Shown here piece after piece: positions 17,472 through 26,588 of a stretch of DNA of 64,000 nucleotides. Origin of the DNA: Bacillota bacterium. GTDB lineage: Bacteria; Patescibacteriota; Patescibacteriia; Patescibacteriales; UBA12465. The notes under the pieces are model-generated. The model did no database searches. It was not told the DNA's origin and saw only the letters and a program-made list of their open reading frames with translations. The position numbers and the translations under genes are program-made. The stretch is taken from NCBI GenBank assembly GCA_050259635.1, contig JBLNBA010000002.1:26681-90680 (forward strand), given 5' to 3'. How positions within the stretch are numbered: position 1 is the first letter of the stretch; each line of letters begins with the position of its first letter.

Positions 17472-19688
17472 TCAAGCGCGATAGCCGCAGCCTTTGTCGC
17501 TGCAGACGATGTCGCCTTCTTTATCCTTTATGAGAAGCGAAGAGCACTGGGGGCACTTATCTCCAGTGGGCTGGCCGGCATATGCGTTTTTGCACGCGGG
17601 ATAATTATCACAGGCGTAGAAGGCGCCACGGCGGCTAAATTTTTTAACAATCTTGCCTTTTCCGCAGATGGGGCAGGTTATTTCTTTCCCGCTGCCACTG
17701 TCTATATTCTTAATATTCTTGCATTTGGGGTAGGCGCTACAGGCCAGAAACGGACCGTATTTTCCTGAACGGACTTTCATTTCTGAGCCGCATTTATCGC
17801 AGGCAGTACCTTGATATTTCTCCTGGAGGGCAGCCAGGGCGGGGTCGTCCTTCTTCTCTGATGAGCTCCCGTCCATCTTCTTGATATTGCGGCACTCCGG
17901 GAAGGCGCTGCAGGCTAAAAATTTTCCGTAGCGGCCGGTTTTTACGATCATGGGTGCTCCGCACTTATCGCAGACAATATCGGATTTTTCTTCAGGCATA
18001 ATATCGCTTTTCTTAATATCTTCGTATTTCTTAGTGAGGTTATCGTGGAAGTCCTGGTAGAACTCAGCGATTAGGGGTCGCCACTCTTTTTTACCTTCAG
18101 CAACGGAGTCGAGGTCATCTTCCATACCTGCAGTGAAATTATAATCTACGATTTTGGGAAAATGCGACACCAATAAGTCGTTTACTACCAGGGCGATCTC
18201 GGTTGGCTGGAGCCGTTTGTCTTCATTGCGGAATACGTAGTTGCGGGTAATTATCGTATTGATCGTCGGAGCGTAGGTGGAAGGGCGCCCGATGCCGTAT
18301 TTTTCCATTTCCTTCACCAAACTAGCATCGCTATAACGGGCCGGTGGCTTGGTGGCGTGTTGTTCGGTTGAGATTTTTGCTAACTCTGCCGTTTCTCCAA
18401 CTACTGGCCGCGGCAAATCTTGCTCGGCAGTTTTTTCGGGATAGATTTTTAGGTAGCCGTCAAAGACGAGTACTTGGCCGTTAGCCCGGAAAGAATGTTG
18501 GCGTCCGTTTTCACAAAGGGCGTCGATATCTATCGTGGTAGCATTCAGTTTGGCAGCCGGAAGCTGGGTGGCAAGGGTGCGTTGCCAGATGAGCTTATAT
18601 AGACGGTAGCTGTTCCTGTCTAATTTCTCCTTCAGGCTGTCTGGCGTCCTTGAGGCCAGTGTGGGACGGATAGCTTCATGAGCCTCTTGCGCATTTTTTC
18701 CTTTGGTTTTGAAACGACGGGGTTCGGTTAAAAGATACTCTTTCGGCAGGGCAGAAGAAATATAACCATGGGCTTCATCTAAGAATTGTGACGAGAGGTT
18801 TAGAGAGTCCGTGCGCATGTAAGTGATGAATCCTTGCTCATAAAGCTTCTGGGCCACCACCATCGTCTGCTTGGCACTGAACCCTAGATGGCGGTTTGCC
18901 CCTTGCTGAAGGGTGGAGGTGGTGAAGGGCGCTCCGGGATTCTTACTTACAGTCTTTTCATCTACCTTGGCGATAGTTCCTTTCGCCTTAGACAGCTCTT
19001 TTTTAAGCGTAGAGGCAGTTTGAGCATCGATGGAGAGTTTGTCGAAAGCTTTGCCGTCCAGGCGAAAGAGATTGGCCTCATATTCCATGCCGCCTTTATC
19101 CTTGATCATGGCGCCAACCGTCCAATACTCTTGGGCTTTGAATGCGAGAATCTCACGCTCACGCTCGACGATCAGCCTGATGGCGACGCTCTGGACCCGG
19201 CCGGCGGATAGGCCTTTTGCTACTTTTTTCCAGAGAAAGGGCGAAAGTTCATAACCGACTAACCGATCCAATATTCTTCTCGCCTGTTGTGCGTCTACGA
19301 GGTCCTGATCTATACCGCGAGGGTTTTTAAGGGCTTCCAGGATCGCGTTCTTAGTAATTTCATGGAAGACAATACGGCGGGCGCTTTCGGAATTAAGTTT
19401 AAGAATCTGGGCTAGATGCCAGGCAATCGCTTCTCCTTCTCGATCTTCATCCGACGCCAGGATGACCTCTTCAGCTTTGGAGGCGGCAGCTTTGAGGTTG
19501 CTGGCAACCTTTCTGGCTTTTAACGGCGTAACATATTTGGGCTCGAAGCCATTTTCGATGTCGATGCCCATTTCTTTCGCCGGGAGGTCGCGAACATGCC
19601 CAAAAGAGGATTCCACTTTGAAATCCTTTCCTAGAAATTTGCTTATTGTTCTTGCTTTTGTCGGTGATTCGACTATGATCAATTTCAT
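17472..19688 (-). CDS. topA: DNA topoisomerase I
   Basis: Toprim start MKLIIVESPTKA, active-site region ITYMRTDS, and four C-terminal Cys4 zinc ribbons (CDKCG...C..C). ATG 19688 is preferred to the track start at 19718. Confidence 0.95.
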   Translation of the reverse strand: MKLIIVESPTKARTISKFLGKDFKVESSFGHVRDLPAKEMGIDIENGFEPKYVTPLKARKVASNLKAAASKAEEVILASDEDREGEAIAWHLAQILKLNSESARRIVFHEITKNAILEALKNPRGIDQDLVDAQQARRILDRLVGYELSPFLWKKVAKGLSAGRVQSVAIRLIVEREREILAFKAQEYWTVGAMIKDKGGMEYEANLFRLDGKAFDKLSIDAQTASTLKKELSKAKGTIAKVDEKTVSKNPGAPFTTSTLQQGANRHLGFSAKQTMVVAQKLYEQGFITYMRTDSLNLSSQFLDEAHGYISSALPKEYLLTEPRRFKTKGKNAQEAHEAIRPTLASRTPDSLKEKLDRNSYRLYKLIWQRTLATQLPAAKLNATTIDIDALCENGRQHSFRANGQVLVFDGYLKIYPEKTAEQDLPRPVVGETAELAKISTEQHATKPPARYSDASLVKEMEKYGIGRPSTYAPTINTIITRNYVFRNEDKRLQPTEIALVVNDLLVSHFPKIVDYNFTAGMEDDLDSVAEGKKEWRPLIAEFYQDFHDNLTKKYEDIKKSDIMPEEKSDIVCDKCGAPMIVKTGRYGKFLACSAFPECRNIKKMDGSSSEKKDDPALAALQEKYQGTACDKCGSEMKVRSGKYGPFLACSAYPKCKNIKNIDSGSGKEITCPICGKGKIVKKFSRRGAFYACDNYPACKNAYAGQPTGDKCPQCSSLLIKDKEGDIVCSDKGCGYRA

Positions 19689-19773
19689 AAAAGGTAGATT
19701 TATTGTAACATCAGCCAAAGAAGGAAAAATATGGGGACGGCGATCGGCTGATTTCCTCTTTTCTAATATAAAT

Positions 19774-19801
19774 AGTGTACTATTTAATCTTCTGCTGTCA
19801 A
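19774..19801 (-). promoter_or_regulatory. putative topA promoter
   Basis: On the minus strand, TTGACA (19796-19801), N16, TACACT. The -35 element is one arm of the inverted repeat GCTGTCAAG...CTTGACAGC. Confidence 0.5.
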
Positions 19802-19816
19802 GAACGAGGTAAAGCC

Positions 19817-19845
19817 TTGACAGCCGCCATTAAATTTCCTAAGAT
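19817..19845 (+). promoter_or_regulatory. putative promoter of the small RNA candidate
   Basis: TTGACA (19817-19822), N17, TAAGAT (19840-19845). Mirror partner of the topA -35 element. Confidence 0.5.
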
Positions 19846-19850
19846 GGAAA

Positions 19851-19956
19851 GTTAAAAACCCCTGGATTGCTTGTACAAAAGTTTACGCGCCCGTCCGCTA
19901 TCCTCCTAGTAGGCGAGCGTTCAAAGCTATTTGTATAAGCAGCCGAGGGGTTTTTT
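19851..19956 (+). ncRNA. candidate ~105-nt hairpin RNA with a UCCUCCU apical loop; also acts as a bidirectional terminator for pth
   Basis: 19859-19879 pairs with 19930-19950 (19 of 21 positions). The inner helix is ACGCGCC/GGCGAGCGT. The loop contains TCCTCCT (19901-19907). Flanked by A5 and T6. Confidence 0.4.
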
Positions 19957-20515
19957 AGTTGGCAAGCTCTTTCTTCAAGCTGGTTAGACCTTTTTCTATC
20001 TCCTTATCAAGTATCGAGAGCTCTTCTTGGCTGAAACGCATAAGCACGTACTTTTCTGGCGGAATAGGGTTATGGAGTAAAGGAGTTTTGATTCCCAGCC
20101 GAAGACGGGTGAATTTTTGCGTCTTTAGGCGGTCGATAATCGACTGGATGCCACGGTTGCCTCCGCTGCGCGAGTCGTAGCTCAAGCGATGTGTACCAAG
20201 ATCTAGATCTAATTCGTCATGGATGACAAAGAGCAAGTCCTTGAGGTCTTGTTCTTTTTTTATCGCTCCGGGGAAGCGGGTTGATAATAGATGATAATAT
20301 TTGAGGATCTTAAGGACGCTTTCCCCTGACTTATTCATGAATGTCTGCGGTTTAACGTATAGCCGTCCATCTGTTTCTTTAATCAGTGCATCAAACCTTT
20401 TTTCAAAATGCCAGCCGTCGCCGCCGATTAGACGATCGAGAGCGATCCAGCCGGCGTTATGTCGGCTTTTTGCATAATTGTCGCCCGGATTTCCCAGGCC
20501 GATGATGATCTGCAT
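19955..20515 (-). CDS. pth: peptidyl-tRNA hydrolase
   Basis: MQIIIGLGNPG...YAKSRHNAGW...NKSGES signature. ATG 20515 is preferred over the track start at 20575. Confidence 0.92.
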   Translation of the reverse strand: MQIIIGLGNPGDNYAKSRHNAGWIALDRLIGGDGWHFEKRFDALIKETDGRLYVKPQTFMNKSGESVLKILKYYHLLSTRFPGAIKKEQDLKDLLFVIHDELDLDLGTHRLSYDSRSGGNRGIQSIIDRLKTQKFTRLRLGIKTPLLHNPIPPEKYVLMRFSQEELSILDKEIEKGLTSLKKELAN

Positions 20516-20594
20516 ATTTCTAAATCCATTATAGCTTATCGTCGATGAAATTTCGATAAAACAAATATCCGCCAAAGGCGGACATTTATATATA

Positions 20595-21983
20595 TTAATC
20601 TTCTCTCACGCCGTGGACTTTACGGTTCTTGATCACATTCATCCTAAGCGGCGTCCCGACAAATCCATATTGTTCGCGCAGCCGGTTTTCTAAGAAGCGT
20701 ACATAAGAGAAATGGAGATTGTCTCTGGAACCGATACGGATGGTAAAGACAGGCGGGTTAATGCGCTTTTGGGCAATTTCATAGATATGCGGTGCTTTGA
20801 GCCCCTTGCCTTTAGCCGGGAGGTGTAATTTAACCACTCGGCTCAGGAATTTCTTGAGCTGGGTTACGCTAACTTCAGTTTTTCTCGCTTCGGCCACCTC
20901 TAAGGCTAAATCTAATATCCGGTTTACTTTTGCCCCTGTCTTGGCGGAAACGAAAACGATTGGCGCCCAGGAAGCAAATGGAAGCTTGCCAATGATAGAT
21001 TCTTGCCAGTGCTTAGTATTCCTTTCTTCTATGAGGTCCCATTTATTAGCAATAATAATCAAGCTCTTGTGCCGATCCACGATTTCCTCGACCATTTTGG
21101 CATCCTGATGGGTGAGTCCCTCGCTTATATCCAGGACGAGCAGGGCGATGTCTGCACGCTGCAATGACAGGAGCGATTGCTCGATACCTTCTTTCTCCAA
21201 GCCTTTGCCTTTATGGCCCTGTCTGGAAATGCCGGCGGTGTCAATAATCCTTATTAATTTCTCTTTATGCATGATCTCCGTATCCTGGGATTCGCGGGTC
21301 GTATGTGGCTGATCACTGACGATAGCTCGTTCGTAGCCGAGTAAGGAGTTGAGAAGAGATGATTTGCCAACGTTTGGCTTGCCAACGATACAGAGACGGG
21401 CATCTGCTGGCTTCTCGTCCCCGATCTCATCCTTGGCCGCTTCGATCCGGCTGATCACTACCTCCAAGAGATCGCCGGTTCCGGCTCCTGTTTGGGCGGA
21501 AAGGGCGAAGGGTTCTCCTAAGCCTAAGCGATTGAATCCCGCAGCCTCCGAGCGGAGCTTGCCGCTATCCAGTTTGTTCACGACTAAGAGGGCCTTGTTT
21601 TTGAATATCGGGTTGGAACGCAGGGCTTTCGCTAGCTGGCGGTCTTCCGGCATGAGACCTGCTTTGCCGTCTACCACAAAGATGAGAAGAGCGGCTTGAT
21701 GGAGATAATCAAGGGCGTGGAGCTGGGCAATAGAATCAATATCATCGCTTTTTGCCTTACCGGTAGCGATGATCCCGGGCTCCAAGAGGCCGGCGGTATC
21801 CGCCAGGCAGAAAAGCTTTCCATTCCAATGCACCAGACCTAGATTGACGTCGCGTGTCGTTCCTTCAATATCAGAAACAAGTGCCTGGCGTTTCTCAACA
21901 AGACGATTAAATAGAGTGGATTTGCCGACATTCGTGCGTCCGCAAATCGCCACCAAGGGCAAGTTGTTTCCTATGTGTTCCAT
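20595..21983 (-). CDS. der: ribosome-associated GTPase Der/EngA
   Basis: Two tandem GTPase domains (GRTNVGKST...DTAG...NKLD and GKPNVGKSS...DTAG...NKWD) plus a KH-like C-terminus. Confidence 0.94.
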   Translation of the reverse strand: MEHIGNNLPLVAICGRTNVGKSTLFNRLVEKRQALVSDIEGTTRDVNLGLVHWNGKLFCLADTAGLLEPGIIATGKAKSDDIDSIAQLHALDYLHQAALLIFVVDGKAGLMPEDRQLAKALRSNPIFKNKALLVVNKLDSGKLRSEAAGFNRLGLGEPFALSAQTGAGTGDLLEVVISRIEAAKDEIGDEKPADARLCIVGKPNVGKSSLLNSLLGYERAIVSDQPHTTRESQDTEIMHKEKLIRIIDTAGISRQGHKGKGLEKEGIEQSLLSLQRADIALLVLDISEGLTHQDAKMVEEIVDRHKSLIIIANKWDLIEERNTKHWQESIIGKLPFASWAPIVFVSAKTGAKVNRILDLALEVAEARKTEVSVTQLKKFLSRVVKLHLPAKGKGLKAPHIYEIAQKRINPPVFTIRIGSRDNLHFSYVRFLENRLREQYGFVGTPLRMNVIKNRKVHGVRED

Positions 21984-21986
21984 ATA

Positions 21987-23471
21987 TTATCCTTCGTTGT
22001 TACCGATAATGAGAATGAAATCCGGCTGGTCGGGAAGATTCTTGTAAGCATCAAGCCAGGAGGGAGAATCGTAAGACAAGCTCGCTTGGCCGGCAGCTTT
22101 CAGGGCTTCCAAAGCCTTAAGCTCTCGTCCGAGGCTTAGATCATATATTACTGAGCTATCATATTCGCGAGTAGGAGCATTGGCTGTCTCTGTTACCTTG
22201 AAGCCGTATTCCTCTAAGCTCTGAGCCGTCTTAGCGGCCAAGCCAGAAATCCAGGTTCCATTCAAGACGGCCACGGAGGCTTCTTTGTCCAGTTTTTCGA
22301 TTTGCTGTATTTCGACTTTATTAGTATCGCTTTCATCTCCGGAAGTAACGGGAGCTGGGGTCCCGAAAATATCTCTTACCAGAGTTTTTATGTCGTCGAA
22401 ATTTCCGGTCTTTGGTATAAGGATATAGGCGCCATTTTCTCCCCGGCTCGACATAAGTAATCCGTTCTCGCCGTCTCCAATGACTTCGTTTGTGATCATG
22501 CTCCGGTCAATGTTTTTATAATCATTCCAGAGCTTGATCAGTGCCCAGACATCAAGGTTCGTTTTGATATTGCGGTTCAGCTCAGAGATAATGCGGGTGA
22601 GCATGCCCGGTTTGAGGAGGGAATTGCGGGACAGAAGCTTGTCTTTGACCGCTTCGATCAGGAGCTGCTGGCGACGGGCGCGGTCGAAGTCGGAGCCGCT
22701 GATGCCGGAGGCATGGCGGCTACGGGCATACTTAAGTGCGAGGGAACCGTCCATGTGCTGCATGCCTTTGTCGATGTGTAGATGCTCGTAACGGGCGTAA
22801 TAGTTGGGGTTGTCTTCCTGGCCTCTGATCGGATATGAATAATCATCGATGGTGTTTTCAACGTCCACATCAACTCCTCCGAGCTCGTCGATAACTTCGA
22901 TAAAGCCATTAAAATCAACGCGGACATAATATGGGATATCTACTCCGAGAATGGTGGTTAAGGCATTAGTCATTGCCGTTCCGCCGCTGCCCTCTTCTTT
23001 GGCCTCGGCCGTAGCGTGGACCGAATTCACCTTTCTCCAGGCTCCTCCTTCGGTCGGAACGGTCATATCACGGGGTACGGATATCAGAGCCGCTTGTTTG
23101 GTGGAAGGTTTAAGGCTGACAAGCATGATCGTATCGGCTAAGTAGCCGCCATCATGATTTTCTCCTCCCATACCTAGAAGCAGAAGGTTGACCCGGTCCT
23201 GATTTTCTCCTATCAGTTTGTTTTCGTCACTTTCGGAAAGGTGTTGTATCCGTCCCCAAAAGGCGTTGTTCAGCCATTGGTTGGCGGCCGGACCGGACAT
23301 TATGACCTTGCCCGAAAAGACAATCGCGAGAACAATCAGGGCAATCAGATAATTCTTGACTTTTCGCCTCTTTTTAATGGTCTCGAGAAGTATCTGATCA
23401 TCGGGGTTTTCTATCGCCCTGTTCTGGTCAATATTTTCATTTTCTTCTAATTTTTGCTTAAAATCTATCAT
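21987..23471 (-). CDS. LytR-CpsA-Psr (LCP) family protein with LytR_C-like C-terminal domain
   Basis: TM anchor, then RVNLLLLGMGG...GYLADTIMLVSL...LISVPRDM. The C-terminus carries VAVLNGTWISGLAAKTAQSLEEYGFKV. ATG 23471 (MIDFKQ) is chosen. Confidence 0.85.
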   Translation of the reverse strand: MIDFKQKLEENENIDQNRAIENPDDQILLETIKKRRKVKNYLIALIVLAIVFSGKVIMSGPAANQWLNNAFWGRIQHLSESDENKLIGENQDRVNLLLLGMGGENHDGGYLADTIMLVSLKPSTKQAALISVPRDMTVPTEGGAWRKVNSVHATAEAKEEGSGGTAMTNALTTILGVDIPYYVRVDFNGFIEVIDELGGVDVDVENTIDDYSYPIRGQEDNPNYYARYEHLHIDKGMQHMDGSLALKYARSRHASGISGSDFDRARRQQLLIEAVKDKLLSRNSLLKPGMLTRIISELNRNIKTNLDVWALIKLWNDYKNIDRSMITNEVIGDGENGLLMSSRGENGAYILIPKTGNFDDIKTLVRDIFGTPAPVTSGDESDTNKVEIQQIEKLDKEASVAVLNGTWISGLAAKTAQSLEEYGFKVTETANAPTREYDSSVIYDLSLGRELKALEALKAAGQASLSYDSPSWLDAYKNLPDQPDFILIIGNNEG

Positions 23472-23592
23472 ATTATACGTTATTTTCGCTTCAGCGATGT
23501 TGAAATATCTTTCCTTATTATATGTATTATTACACAATAAGGCAACCTGAACAAAAAAACCGCATTTCAGCAGTTTTTTGCACAATTTCTTG

Positions 23593-23664
23593 TCGGGCTG
23601 CCCGGAATTGAACCGGGATCACACGCACCCGAAGCGTGTATAATAGCCTTTATACCACAGCCCG
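23593..23664 (-). tRNA. tRNA-Pro (CGG)
   Basis: Acceptor CGGGCTG/CAGCCCG (C1:G72), anticodon loop TTCGGGT, T-loop GTTCAATTC. No CCA. Confidence 0.88.
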
Positions 23665-23669
23665 CGTTG

Positions 23670-23742
23670 TGGACTTGAGGGGACTCGAACCCCTTACCTC
23701 TGCAATGCGAATGCAGCGCTCTACCAGATGAGCTACAAGCCC
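23670..23742 (-). tRNA. tRNA-Ala (CGC)
   Basis: Acceptor GGGCTTG/CAAGTCC with the G3:U70 identity pair. Anticodon loop TTCGCAT. No CCA. Confidence 0.9.
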
Positions 23743-23753
23743 CTGATAATCCG

Positions 23754-23824
23754 TCGGGGTGCCGGGAATTGAACCCGGGCTACATGCACCCCATGCATGC
23801 GTACTACCGTTATACTACACCCCG
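23754..23824 (-). tRNA. tRNA-Pro (GGG)
   Basis: Acceptor CGGGGTG/CACCCCG, anticodon loop ATGGGGT, T-loop GTTCAATTC. No CCA. Confidence 0.88.
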
Positions 23825-23840
23825 TAAAGACGACAGCATT

Positions 23841-23869
23841 AGTGTAAAGAGAAATCTGGCAGAAGTCAA
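23841..23869 (-). promoter_or_regulatory. tRNA cluster promoter P2
   Basis: On the minus strand, TTGACT-N17-TACACT. The predicted start is about 10 nt upstream of tRNA-Pro(GGG). Confidence 0.5.
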
Positions 23870-23896
23870 ATACGCCCTGGAGGCGTATTTTTTCTT

Positions 23897-23925
23897 ATAT
23901 TAAGATAAAGCAGAACTTTTGTCAA
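23897..23925 (-). promoter_or_regulatory. tRNA cluster promoter P1
   Basis: On the minus strand, TTGACA-N17-TAATAT. Confidence 0.55.
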
Positions 23926-23989
23926 AGGCATGCTGCATTGATTTTAACCAGTCCATAAAGTATCATATAGGGGAAAGGAATATAACTAT

Positions 23990-24979
23990 ATGAAGGATAA
24001 AAAAAGGATATTTTCAGGCATCAAACCAAGCGGTGATCTAACGATTGGCAATTATATCGGTGCGATAAGCCAGTGGGTGGAAATGCAGGATTCAAACAAC
24101 TGCGTGTTCTCGGTGGTCGATTACCATGCGATCACGGTTAAGCAGGACCCAGATGCTCTGCGCCGGAGAATTCTGGATATTACTAAGATCTATCTAGCGG
24201 CGGGCATCGACCCCGAGAGATCAATCATCTTCCAGCAGTCCGATGTGCCGGCCCATACAGAGTTAGCTTGGATTCTTAACTGTTCTGGAACCTACATGGC
24301 CGATCTCAAGAAGATGACCCAGTATAAGGATAAGGCGGGCGATAAGGAAGAGGCAATCCCCGTGGGTCTCTTCGATTATCCTGTCCTCATGGCTGCAGAT
24401 ATCCTCTTGTATGATACTGAGACCGTTCCTGTCGGGGAAGATCAAAGGCAGCATGTCGAGCTAGCTAGGGATATCGCCAAGAGATTTAATAATGAATATG
24501 GAAAGATATTCACTATTCCGGAGGCTATAATAAAGAAAGAAGGTGCTAGGATTATGAGCCTGGTTGACCCGAAAAAGAAGATGTCAAAAAGCGCTGATTC
24601 GGTTAATGCATATATCGCCCTTCTGGACGAGCCTGAAGCCGCAAAGAAAAAGATCATGAAGGCTGTTACCGATTCGGGATCAGAGATAGAGTATGATCCA
24701 GAGGAGAAGCCGGCTTTAGCCAATCTATTACAGATATATGCTTCTTTGGGAAACAGGCAGATACCGCGATTAGTGAAAGATAATGCCGGTAGAGGATATG
24801 GTGATTTTAAAAAGGACTTAGCGGAAGTGGTAGGTAAATTCCTAAGCTCTTTTCAGGAAAGATTTAAGGCGATAAGCGATAATGAGGTAATAGCCATTTT
24901 AGAAGATGGAAGGAAGAAGGCGGAGGAAATCGCTCAGAAAAAACTGGATGAAGTGAAGAAAGTGATAGGCGTAAAATAA
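23990..24979 (+). CDS. trpS: tryptophanyl-tRNA synthetase
   Basis: 329 aa. GIKPSGDLTIGNYIG (HIGH-equivalent), KMSKS, and AADILLY. Confidence 0.95.
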   Translation: MKDKKRIFSGIKPSGDLTIGNYIGAISQWVEMQDSNNCVFSVVDYHAITVKQDPDALRRRILDITKIYLAAGIDPERSIIFQQSDVPAHTELAWILNCSGTYMADLKKMTQYKDKAGDKEEAIPVGLFDYPVLMAADILLYDTETVPVGEDQRQHVELARDIAKRFNNEYGKIFTIPEAIIKKEGARIMSLVDPKKKMSKSADSVNAYIALLDEPEAAKKKIMKAVTDSGSEIEYDPEEKPALANLLQIYASLGNRQIPRLVKDNAGRGYGDFKKDLAEVVGKFLSSFQERFKAISDNEVIAILEDGRKKAEEIAQKKLDEVKKVIGVK

Positions 24980-25038
24980 ATTATCAGGGTTAATAAAAAA
25001 GGCGCTCTTTCTAAGCGCTGTAAAGAGCTTTACTTTAT

Positions 25039-25073
25039 AAAAAAATAGCCGGTTTAATAGCCGGCTATTTTTT
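25039..25073. terminator. bidirectional intrinsic terminator
   Basis: A-run, ATAGCCGG / CCGGCTAT stem with an 8-nt loop, then T6. Confidence 0.8.
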
Positions 25074-25083
25074 AATCTTTCAA

Positions 25084-26478
25084 TTAACGATCTCTATTGC
25101 GTTCAGAACGAGAATTATCATTGTTGTCGTGCCCGCGGTGTTTGCCGTTATTGCCATTCTTCATCTGGCCATAATGGTTGCCATTATTACCGTTATTCTT
25201 TTGCTGGTAGATATTACCATCATTGGTATCGGAGTCATTTGAACCGGAGCCGATCGTGGTGATCGTTACCGTATTGGATTCGCCCGACATATTGCCTCTC
25301 ATGTCGTAAGCTCGGACATAGTAAGAATAGGCGGTTGAAGCGGATAAGCCGTTATCGACGAAAGTGGTAGAGTAATCGATATTGGCTAACCATTCTCCAT
25401 TCCGATAGATGTTGTATCCGACGACTTCCACATTGTCAGTAGAGGCGGTCCAAGAGAGCTTAGCGCTATGAGCGGAAGAGTTGCTTACCGTTAGGTTGGT
25501 CGGAGCGCTCGGAGCGATGGTGTCGTTCTCGAACCAAGATTCAGATCCGGAGGTGAAGACGAGATTAGATTGTCCGGAGACATTTCCCCTCTCGTCATAG
25601 GCTCTCACGAAATACGAGTAGCCGTGGTTCGGGTTGATACCGGTGTCAGTGAAGGAGTTTGTCGTACTAATGGCAATCCAGTCTCCATTACGGTAGATGC
25701 TGTAGCCAGCAACGCCGACTGCGTCCGTTGAGGCGGTCCAGCCAAGCTTCACACTATTGCTGGAGGTGGCGGTAATGGATAAATTTGTTGGAGTGCTTGG
25801 TGCGATGACGTCCGGGCTATTACTTATTTCAGCCAGAGTAGAAATGCTAAGGGTATTTGAGCTGTTCGATAGGTTGCCTTTGGCGTCATAGGCTCTGATA
25901 AAGAAGGAATAAGTGGTGGATGCTTTCAGGCCGGAAAGCTTGAAACTGGTTGAGGAAGTGCTAGCCAGCCATGTGCCATCTTTATATATATTATATCCTG
26001 TAACTCCTACATTATCAGTTGAGGCGGTCCAGCCAAGGTTGATTTCCGTCGGTGAGACGGCAACGCCTACCAAGGCAGAAGGAGCAGTGGGCATGGTCGT
26101 GTCAGTAGTAGTGGCAGCGCCTGTCGTGATCATGACCTGGGCAGTGGAACTGGAATTATTTCCGTTTGCATCGAATGCGTAAATCGAATAGGCATAGGTC
26201 GTGCTAGCGACTACAGAAGAGTCCAGATATGAAGTGCTGGTAGCGGTGGCAATGACCGAATTCCCCCTTAATACCTTATAGCCCGATACCCCGGTATTGT
26301 CTGTTGAGGCGGTCCAGCCTAAGGAAACTTGATTGGAAGCATTAAGAGACGCGGCCAGATTCGTCGGGACCGTGGGTGGCGTGGTGTCATCTAAAGCCAG
26401 AACCTTAAGGGCTGTAAATGGCATCACGGCGAGGAAAAACGCCAATAGAACTCCTAAGAATTTATTGAATTTTTTCAT
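25084..26478 (-). CDS. secreted/anchored protein with four fibronectin type III repeats and an Asn/Gly/His-rich tail
   Basis: Signal/anchor MKKFNKFLGVLLAFFLAVMPF. Four repeats of about 90 aa, each with LGWTASTDNxGVxGYxIYRNG...Y.Y.VRAYD..GN. ATG 26478 is chosen; the track start at 26547 would lie upstream of the predicted promoter. Confidence 0.85.
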   Translation of the reverse strand: MKKFNKFLGVLLAFFLAVMPFTALKVLALDDTTPPTVPTNLAASLNASNQVSLGWTASTDNTGVSGYKVLRGNSVIATATSTSYLDSSVVASTTYAYSIYAFDANGNNSSSTAQVMITTGAATTTDTTMPTAPSALVGVAVSPTEINLGWTASTDNVGVTGYNIYKDGTWLASTSSTSFKLSGLKASTTYSFFIRAYDAKGNLSNSSNTLSISTLAEISNSPDVIAPSTPTNLSITATSSNSVKLGWTASTDAVGVAGYSIYRNGDWIAISTTNSFTDTGINPNHGYSYFVRAYDERGNVSGQSNLVFTSGSESWFENDTIAPSAPTNLTVSNSSAHSAKLSWTASTDNVEVVGYNIYRNGEWLANIDYSTTFVDNGLSASTAYSYYVRAYDMRGNMSGESNTVTITTIGSGSNDSDTNDGNIYQQKNNGNNGNHYGQMKNGNNGKHRGHDNNDNSRSERNRDR

Positions 26479-26526
26479 AAATTTATAAAAATTAATTATT
26501 AGCTCTTGTTTTTGGCTTGTGTAATA

Positions 26527-26555
26527 TAATACAAGCCAGATTGTCATTTGTTACA
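26527..26555 (-). promoter_or_regulatory. putative ECF-type promoter driving the FN3 protein gene
   Basis: On the minus strand, TGTAACAAAT-N13-GTATTA (that is, TGTAAC-N17-GTAT). The architecture is identical to 26589-26617. Confidence 0.5.
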
Positions 26556-26569
26556 CGCAGGTATATAAT
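26541..26569 (+). promoter_or_regulatory. sigma70-type promoter for the sigma/anti-sigma operon
   Basis: TTGTCA-N17-TATAAT. Confidence 0.5.
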
Positions 26570-26588
26570 AATTTGACCCTTAAGGGCT

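Noticed and set aside
23826-23989. A possible T-box leader upstream of trpS, suggested by a hairpin plus T-run before an aaRS gene.
   Set aside because: There is no T-box consensus sequence, no specifier-loop architecture, and the region is too short. It is better explained by the minus-strand tRNA promoters and a trpS promoter downstream of the hairpin.
25250-26330. The FN3 repeat DNA considered as a possible diversity-generating retroelement (template/variable repeat pair) or other repeat array.
   Set aside because: The repeats differ at all nucleotide types rather than at adenines only. No reverse transcriptase or accessory gene is present. They are ordinary divergent domain repeats. No CRISPR-like direct-repeat array was seen anywhere in the window.
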